From IMG/VR virus record IMGVR_UViG_3300045988_141143: DNA of 64,000 bases; one strand, written 5' to 3'. The stretch is from a virus. This document shows positions 58,410 to 64,000 of this stretch, piece after piece; position 1 is the stretch's first letter, and every line of letters begins with the position of its first letter. Below the pieces are notes generated by a model. That model ran no database searches, had not been told where the DNA came from, and worked only from the letters and a program-made list of their open reading frames with translations. Made by a program: the position numbers and the translations under genes.

Positions 58410-59048
58410 TCACTCATCGGCGGGAAAGCTGATCTTTGCATCTGCCAGTCTTTTCTTGCAGATCACACCAAGGCCTTCAATGACACCCAAACATGAGCTA
58501 CAATCCAAACAGTAAGCATAGCCAATCATGGCGCTAACGGTATTGTATGGGCATTTCTCCCCCTTTATCGCATAAAGGTGTTTGTCCTCCATAAAGGCGT
58601 GGATTTCTTTTTTTAACCCATTCAGTATTTTGTTCTCTCTTTCCAGCTCGTCGCAATGGTCGCGCATCTGCTGCATCTCAACAAGCGACTGCCTTGACTC
58701 GCGCTCCTCCTTACTGCCCAACTGGTGAGCGACATCGTTGTAATCATCCGTGAGCTTATGCACAAGCTGCTCAAGTTCTCCGTTCTTTCTTTCCAGCTCA
58801 TCACAATGGTCGCGCATCTTCATCATCTCGCCAAGCGTCTGCTTGGAAGAGTTTTCATCCTTGCGTGCCTCCAGTCCATGCTGTTGGCGCACGGCATCGT
58901 TGTAATCGTCCATGAGCTGATGCACACGTTGCGTCATCTCAATGTTCTCTGCCTTCAAGTCGGCTACGATATAGGAAAGAGCCAACATACGTTTGTTTTC
59001 TTCTGTTGTCATTGTTTCTTGGGTTTTATGTTTGTTATTCATATTCAT
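58410..59048 (-). CDS. Coiled-coil protein with an internal ~40-aa tandem repeat and a C-terminal Cys cluster
   Basis: Repeat units HQLMDDYNDAVRQQHGLEARKDE...MRDHCDELERKNGELEQLV and HKLTDDYNDVAHQLGSKEERE...MRDHCDELERENKIL. C-terminal CPYN...CLDCSSC. Confidence 0.4.
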   Translation of the reverse strand: MNMNNKHKTQETMTTEENKRMLALSYIVADLKAENIEMTQRVHQLMDDYNDAVRQQHGLEARKDENSSKQTLGEMMKMRDHCDELERKNGELEQLVHKLTDDYNDVAHQLGSKEERESRQSLVEMQQMRDHCDELERENKILNGLKKEIHAFMEDKHLYAIKGEKCPYNTVSAMIGYAYCLDCSSCLGVIEGLGVICKKRLADAKISFPADE

Positions 59049-59213
59049 ATACTATATGCGATGTGGTATTGCCCAGTCCGTCGCGAGGGTCGGTAATACC
59101 TATCCCGACCATTGTCGTCACGGCATTGGCTATCTGCTTGCGCGGTCGACTCTTTACGAGGCCCTTGCCGTCCTTGCCGCTGCGTACCCAACCGATGTAA
59201 TACTTGTCAATCA
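59034..59213 (-). CDS. Small ORF (59 aa) ending VYEYE, overlapping both neighbours by ATGA-type junctions
   Basis: MIDKYYIGWVRSGKDGKGLVKSRPRKQIANAVTTMVGIGITDPRDGLGNTTSHIVYEYE. ATGATTGA and ATGAATATGAATAA overlaps. Confidence 0.25.
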
Positions 59214-60019
59214 TCGGTCTGTGGTATGGTCAGATACATTCGTTCATTAGCCTTGCACGACTCCCCTTGCATTCTACCTGCCTCTAACCCTGCTTTCTTT
59301 AGAGCTTCGTCACGCTCATGCTCCAGTTTTATGCAATATTCAGTCAGGCGATTATATTCTTTCTGCAAGGCGTTGAAATCCTCGCGCAGTTGCTCGGGAG
59401 TGTGAGTTTCTGAATCTAATGGCACAAGACGCTGCTTTCTCTTGTCCCATATTTTCCCGATTCTCTCCACGGCATTGTTGAGAAGTTTTTCTTCCGTAGG
59501 CGTGGCGTATCTCAGTTCGATGCTTACTTCTTCTGCGCATGTACCGAGAAGATCAAGATGGACGTTAGGAGTAAGTTCGTCGCTGTTTTTGCACAAGCAG
59601 GCGTATGTTCTTATCTTGGGATAAGAATCTATAAAATCCACTTCATTGAAAATCACAATGTAGGTCAGGATGTTGCCATCTTTATTTTTAATATCCATTG
59701 CCACGATGTCGCCGGGCTGGAAGTTGAGCACATTCCAATGCCGGTAAAGATGCGAGAGAAACAGCATACACTCTCCTTTTTCAAAGTTCGCTAAACGCCC
59801 ATTGCAACGAAAAAGAATGTAGTGTGCTTCATCCTCGTCAGGAATGGAGGGACCCACCAAAATACCCGAAGCGTTTGTTTCTTTCACATTCAGATAGCCA
59901 AACAAAGGTGAGTAAAGCGTGTCACCTTCAGTCAAGCCGTAGAGGAAGGCTGCCATTTTTTCAATCTCGAATAATTTAGCTTTTATCTCAGGGATGCTTC
60001 TTGTTGCTTTTTGTTTCAT
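59207..60019 (-). CDS. Hypothetical protein
   Basis: 270 aa. Confidence 0.35.
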   Translation of the reverse strand: MKQKATRSIPEIKAKLFEIEKMAAFLYGLTEGDTLYSPLFGYLNVKETNASGILVGPSIPDEDEAHYILFRCNGRLANFEKGECMLFLSHLYRHWNVLNFQPGDIVAMDIKNKDGNILTYIVIFNEVDFIDSYPKIRTYACLCKNSDELTPNVHLDLLGTCAEEVSIELRYATPTEEKLLNNAVERIGKIWDKRKQRLVPLDSETHTPEQLREDFNALQKEYNRLTEYCIKLEHERDEALKKAGLEAGRMQGESCKANERMYLTIPQTDD

Positions 60020-60072
60020 AATGTCTCTATTTTAAATTATCACTCATATTCTATCTTGTGATGTTATTCATA

Positions 60073-60363
60073 TTACCCTTTTTCTACTAATTCCCAGGTC
60101 TTTTCATCGTGAGAGGAATAGACGGTATAGGTAAGTTCACAACAGTTCTTGGCTGTCCTCACTTCATGCAACATTTCTCTCGTATAGAAGCAACGCTCCA
60201 TAAGGTACGCCAATGCCTTAAACTGGTCTTGAGTAAGAAAGACCTCCTGCTCGCCGCAAGTGATACCAACATTATCAGTAATGGTAGAATAGAAGAGCTT
60301 TACGTCCTCTTCCTTCCCTGTGTCCTCGTTCTTTACGATTATCTTTTCTGTATTGAAACTCAT
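60073..60363 (-). CDS. Hypothetical protein
   Basis: 96 aa. Confidence 0.3.
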   Translation of the reverse strand: MSFNTEKIIVKNEDTGKEEDVKLFYSTITDNVGITCGEQEVFLTQDQFKALAYLMERCFYTREMLHEVRTAKNCCELTYTVYSSHDEKTWELVEKG

Positions 60364-60503
60364 AATTTATTTCTCCTTTTATAATTCAACAAACACGCAA
60401 ATTCCACCACTTGCAGCGATCAGTGCGTTTACAAGCTTACTCCCATCCTCGCCATTCGAGCCGATGGCTAACGGGATGCACGGAAATGTAGATGTGGGTC
60501 ATG

Positions 60504-60965
60504 TTACTCTTGAAGATACTCGCCGTATAGTTTCCACTCCTTATCATGGATGTTGCCGACAACCTCAAAGCTCTTCATCTTCTCTTGCAAGAGATCATCT
60601 GGGATGCCGTCTTCAAGACCACCTACGTCAGAGTAGGGATTTTTTACCGTAACGATACCAAAGCAAGCTTTCTTCTCACAATAATACACTACGGCATAGT
60701 AGTCGTCGCAAGTATTGTATTCGATTCTGCTATACGGATATTCGTTCGATCGCAATACGTCGCCTTCATAAATCTCCTTGCCGTTCTTGTCGGTGAAGCC
60801 AGTGAACTGGCATACAGTAGAGGGGTCAACAGCAAACGTAAAAACAGGCCGTCCATCACTGACTGGATTATTTTTTACGAGAGTCTGGTCACCCACATGG
60901 GACAAATCGCCGTAATTCCACTTCCCGTCCTCTATACTCTTAGCCTTAAACTTAATTGTTCTCAT
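60504..60965 (-). CDS. YopX-family phage protein
   Basis: MRTIKFKAK...GKWNYGDLSHV and FTGFTDKNGKEIYEGDVL match the YopX N-terminal signature. Confidence 0.55.
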   Translation of the reverse strand: MRTIKFKAKSIEDGKWNYGDLSHVGDQTLVKNNPVSDGRPVFTFAVDPSTVCQFTGFTDKNGKEIYEGDVLRSNEYPYSRIEYNTCDDYYAVVYYCEKKACFGIVTVKNPYSDVGGLEDGIPDDLLQEKMKSFEVVGNIHDKEWKLYGEYLQE

Positions 60966-61125
60966 AATTCTCTATTTTAAATTGTTACTCATATTCTATC
61001 AATACAATGGTGTGCTGTCCGTGCTCGTCGTAGAGTCCTGCCATCCGTCGTAGCGGGCGGACAATGCCGTGGAATACCCCCGACGAGGGCAAAGCTGGGA
61101 TGTGCGTAACACGAAAGGAATTTGG

Positions 61126-61296
61126 TTACACATAATCGGGATTGAAAAATATGCCATTTACACCTTCAATATCGATGGTGTTTCTGTTACAGTCAAAATC
61201 AGCATCACAAAACTCGTCGCCATTGACTGTTACTTCCAATTCGCCATGTTCTTTACGCAAAAGTTCAAGGCGGTTTATAAGTTCGCTTATATTCAT
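61126..61296 (-). CDS. Small ORF (56 aa)
   Basis: MNISELINRLELLRKEHGELEVTVNGDEFCDADFDCNRNTIDIEGVNGIFFNPDYV. Preceded by an upstream fragment ending ALIEYL*. Confidence 0.2.
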   Translation of the reverse strand: MNISELINRLELLRKEHGELEVTVNGDEFCDADFDCNRNTIDIEGVNGIFFNPDYV

Positions 61297-61306
61297 ATTA
61301 TTTTCT

Positions 61307-61928
61307 TTACAAATATTCTATCAATGCCATATTATCCTTGCCTACTGACGTAAGGGTGTTGGTTGTACTTCCCCCGTTTATCTCCATTCGCTGACAGAAG
61401 CGTCCGTTGGAGGGATGCTTGCGGTCGGACGGATTGTCGGGGTCACGGCCTCGGAAGGCTGCTATGCGAAAGTGTAGCATAGGAGGTTGTCTTTTGTTAC
61501 TGTTGTTATCGAATTGCTCCACGCCCACGGACTTGGGCGGTGATACTTGTCGCTGTATTTGCACCCTCCCCGGTCGCCATGTTCACGACGGAAGGTTTTG
61601 GCTTCCTCGGTGCGGTAGTGGACGAGGACGGAACGATTAATCATACTCTATCAATATTTTCGGTTTATCCACGTCGTGACCTTTACCTCCCCCGGCTATG
61701 CACAAGGCTATGCCGCGCGGCGACACGATGATGCCGTTCTGCGAGGGGCTGTAGGAGCCGAGGATGATGGGGCGAGGGTTGTTATTCATATATTACAATT
61801 ACGCCAGTGGCTTTGAAATTTGCTCCTTGGGTTGAAACGTCAAGAACATCGTATGCACCCTTCTTGAAATAATTGGCTTTGATAGTGCGTGATGTGCCAT
61901 CGGATTCGGTGTTGAAAGGGAATGTCAT
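61307..61928 (-). pseudogene. Chain of overlapping small ORFs resembling C5-methyltransferase target-recognition-domain fragments
   Basis: Translations include GIIVSPRGIALCIAGGGKG (compare M.HhaI STRGIAITLSAYGGG) and GGSTTNTLTSVGK (TL motif). Stops and starts overlap as ATGAATAA and ATGATTAA. ORFs at 61782-61928, 61637-61789, 61462-61644 and 61307-61564. Confidence 0.3.
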
Positions 61929-62103
61929 AATTCTACTGCTACAAAGAACACGTCGCTGCAATCGGTGCGCGACATGATAGTTACTGCTATACCGTGAAAT
62001 GCTCCGTTGAAGCGTTCTGCGCTGAACATCGAGGCAGGGCAGGTGAGCAAACTACCCCCCAATCATATCAGCTATGATACGGATTACACGGTCGGGTGGA
62101 TTA

Positions 62104-63419
62104 TCAGTTCTCATTCTTCCTCTCCATATTCTCCTTGAACATTTCTCCGAAACCATCCCAATAATGAGCGTCCATCCATTCGGGCGAGGATAAAAACTGC
62201 TCATACATCATTGTCGCAGGTATCGTCCGTAGGTATTTCTCGCAAGCCTTAACGTCTTTGTCCCACAAATCCATCCGCTCCATTTCTATCTGAAAATACG
62301 TCTTGAGGAACATTGCCGCCTCATGTGTCGGTGGCAGGTCGAATTGAAGGAATAAGGCATTGTCGGAGTCGTTTGCCTTGAGGAACTTGCTCACGGCATC
62401 GTCCTTGAGGAAATAGCGGTCAGACACTTCCTCTTCGAGCACGTCTTCCAATCGGGTAAGCAGCTCGAAAGGTTCTGGGAACTGATAGTCGAATGCCACG
62501 TCTCGGCGCATGGAGAGGCAGAACACACGGTCGCGGTTTTGTGGCACACCGTAGTTCTTGGCGTTGAGTCGCGTCCAACGGCTCACATAGCCGAGCGACG
62601 AGAGTTTGTCGAGCCACTTCTGAAAGTCTGGCAAGAACTTCTGGCTTACCAGTGCCGCCACGTTCTCCTGCAAGAGATACTTCGGGCGAAGCACCTCCAC
62701 AGCATCCGCCACACGCCAAAGCAGTGCGCTTCGGGTGTCGCTGCCCTCCTGCAAGCCCATTTGCTTGCCCGCCTGACTGATGTCCTGGCAAGGCGAGGAA
62801 TAGGTGAAGAGGTCTACTTCGCGGCCTTCGAGCGAGCTTTCCACCTCGTGCCAGTCAATCTTGGTGATGTCGCCCAGGGCGCAGTCGGCAAACTGAGGGA
62901 AGACGAGGTTGTGCATCTGACAGGCGTATTTGTCGATGTCGCTCCATCCTATACATGTCCATCGGAAGTCGGGATGCCACTCGCGGAGCACATCGGCTGC
63001 CATAAGCTGCGAGTCGTAGCCGAAGAACGTGGTAAGGAATATCTTCTCCTCGTTCTTGTTGGCTGCGGTGGGCGGCAGGGCGGGTAATGTGTCTTCGAGG
63101 TCGTCGAAGAGCGAGAGTTGCTTTTGCTTACGAGGTTTGGGCGTAGGATAGAAAAGTTGCTCGTAGATGTGGGCCAACACGTCCACCACGATGCTGTTTC
63201 CGGCTTGCTTGTACTGCTGTGAGGCAGATATAGCCATGTCTTCGGGCTTGCCCTTGCCTTTCCAGTCGGGCAGACGTTCGGCTGCTTGAGCATTGCTGCT
63301 CTGCATCGTGCCGATTACATTGTCACGAACGCCATCAGACGAAAACACTCCTTGGGTGTGAGCTTGCGGATGGCATAGCTCTTGATGGTGCGGTCGGTGA
63401 AATTGAGTTTTGTAATCAT
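62104..63419 (-). CDS. DNA (cytosine-5)-methyltransferase with motifs IX-X at the N-terminus and an apparent frameshift
   Basis: Motif IX RKLTPKECFRLMAF lies in an ORF starting at 63419 and ending at 63315. The next frame carries motif X YKQAGNSIVVDVL, then SSPCQDIS (PCQ), LQENVAAL (ENV), QNRDRVF, and a TRD start DVAFDYQFPEP...VSDRYFL. Confidence 0.55.
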
Positions 63420-63432
63420 ATTGTTGCTGTTA

Positions 63433-63585
63433 TTATTCGTATTCTATTAAAATTCCTGGAGCATGATTATCTGCCTTGACGCATCTATTTATTCCTTCTA
63501 ACGGAGGTCTTTTATAGTCAGGCGAAACATTCCAATAAATGCTCGATATTGCATGAGCGTGATAGTCTATTGTGATGTTATTCAT
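63433..63585 (-). CDS. Small ORF (50 aa) ending ILIEYE
   Basis: MNNITIDYHAHAISSIYWNV...PGILIEYE. Its start overlaps the upstream ORF stop (ATGAATAA). Confidence 0.25.
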   Translation of the reverse strand: MNNITIDYHAHAISSIYWNVSPDYKRPPLEGINRCVKADNHAPGILIEYE

Positions 63586-63709
63586 ATTCTTCAATCAAAA
63601 ATACATTTTGCTGCCACGAGTTGATTGTTACGGTCGGGCAAACGTCTGTACCTAATCGACCTCCATCGTTATTGCCACGAGGATATTGGTAGAAGTCAAG
63701 ATTAATCAT
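63578..63709 (-). CDS. Small ORF (43 aa), C5-methyltransferase TRD-like fragment
   Basis: MINLDFYQYPRGNNDGGRLGTDVCPTVTINSWQQNVFLIEEYE. CPTVT resembles the sPTLt TRD motif. Confidence 0.25.
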   Translation of the reverse strand: MINLDFYQYPRGNNDGGRLGTDVCPTVTINSWQQNVFLIEEYE

Positions 63710-63718
63710 ATTCTTCAA

Positions 63719-63976
63719 TCAAAAGAACGCTTCAGATTGCAAGTCGCCAATATAACAATAACGCTGCACTTCGTATTCGCTGATAAACATTCGCCAATTC
63801 TGTTCGTCATGATCGAAATGTTCATGTACGAAGCATGTACCACCGAGTCGCCAACAGAGAAGCGATCCTATGCAATGCGGTTGTTCTCTGGCTGGATGCC
63901 ATAACTGAACGATATTACGATATTCGGCTCTTTTATCCGTTTCTACATCGTCAGACAAGGAATCCTTAAAGCTCAC
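63719..63976 (-). CDS. Hypothetical protein
   Basis: 85 aa with several His/Cys. Confidence 0.3.
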   Translation of the reverse strand: MSFKDSLSDDVETDKRAEYRNIVQLWHPAREQPHCIGSLLCWRLGGTCFVHEHFDHDEQNWRMFISEYEVQRYCYIGDLQSEAFF

Positions 63977-64000
63977 GCCTTTTTTATCGGAATCGACAAA

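Noticed and set aside
1-64000. Searched for tRNA genes, an integrase and attachment sites
   Set aside because: No cloverleaf-compatible segment or tyrosine/serine recombinase motif was recognised by eye. The window may lie internal to the prophage.

Overview
The window appears to be a mosaic temperate-phage (prophage-like) region from a Bacteroidetes host. Promoter elements match the Bacteroidetes -7 consensus TAnnTTTG. Most genes lie on the minus strand. Running from high to low coordinates they are: an early-type region of many small overlapping ORFs with C5- and N6-methyltransferases and a YopX-family protein (64.0-55.7 kb); a plus-strand block ending in the large terminase (50.1-55.6 kb); two small ORFs and a ~1983-aa tape-measure protein (42.2-49.3 kb); an iteron-rich non-coding region (41.3-42.2 kb); a replication and nucleotide-metabolism module (prim-pol-like primase, guanylate-kinase-like kinase, ThyX-like, MazG); head genes (S49-like prohead protease/scaffold, major capsid protein); a LysR regulator and a lysis cluster (GH108 lysozyme, holin-like, Cys-rich proteins); a DNA methyltransferase, an HU-like protein and an SPFH lipoprotein; a long structural/tail-fiber module containing an acyl carrier protein plus beta-ketoacyl synthase pair (13.9-15.3 kb); and an accessory island (0-4.8 kb) with hicAB (hicA frameshifted), three XRE-type HTH regulators, a lipoprotein and membrane proteins. 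The most notable non-obvious signals are phased 22-bp operator-like dyad arrays, duplicated promoter and gene-end junction cassettes, a putative -1 programmed frameshift at GGGGGGA (31816-31822), and a ThyX-like protein with a degenerate RHR motif next to a P-loop kinase and MazG. No tRNA, CRISPR array or integrase was recognised.
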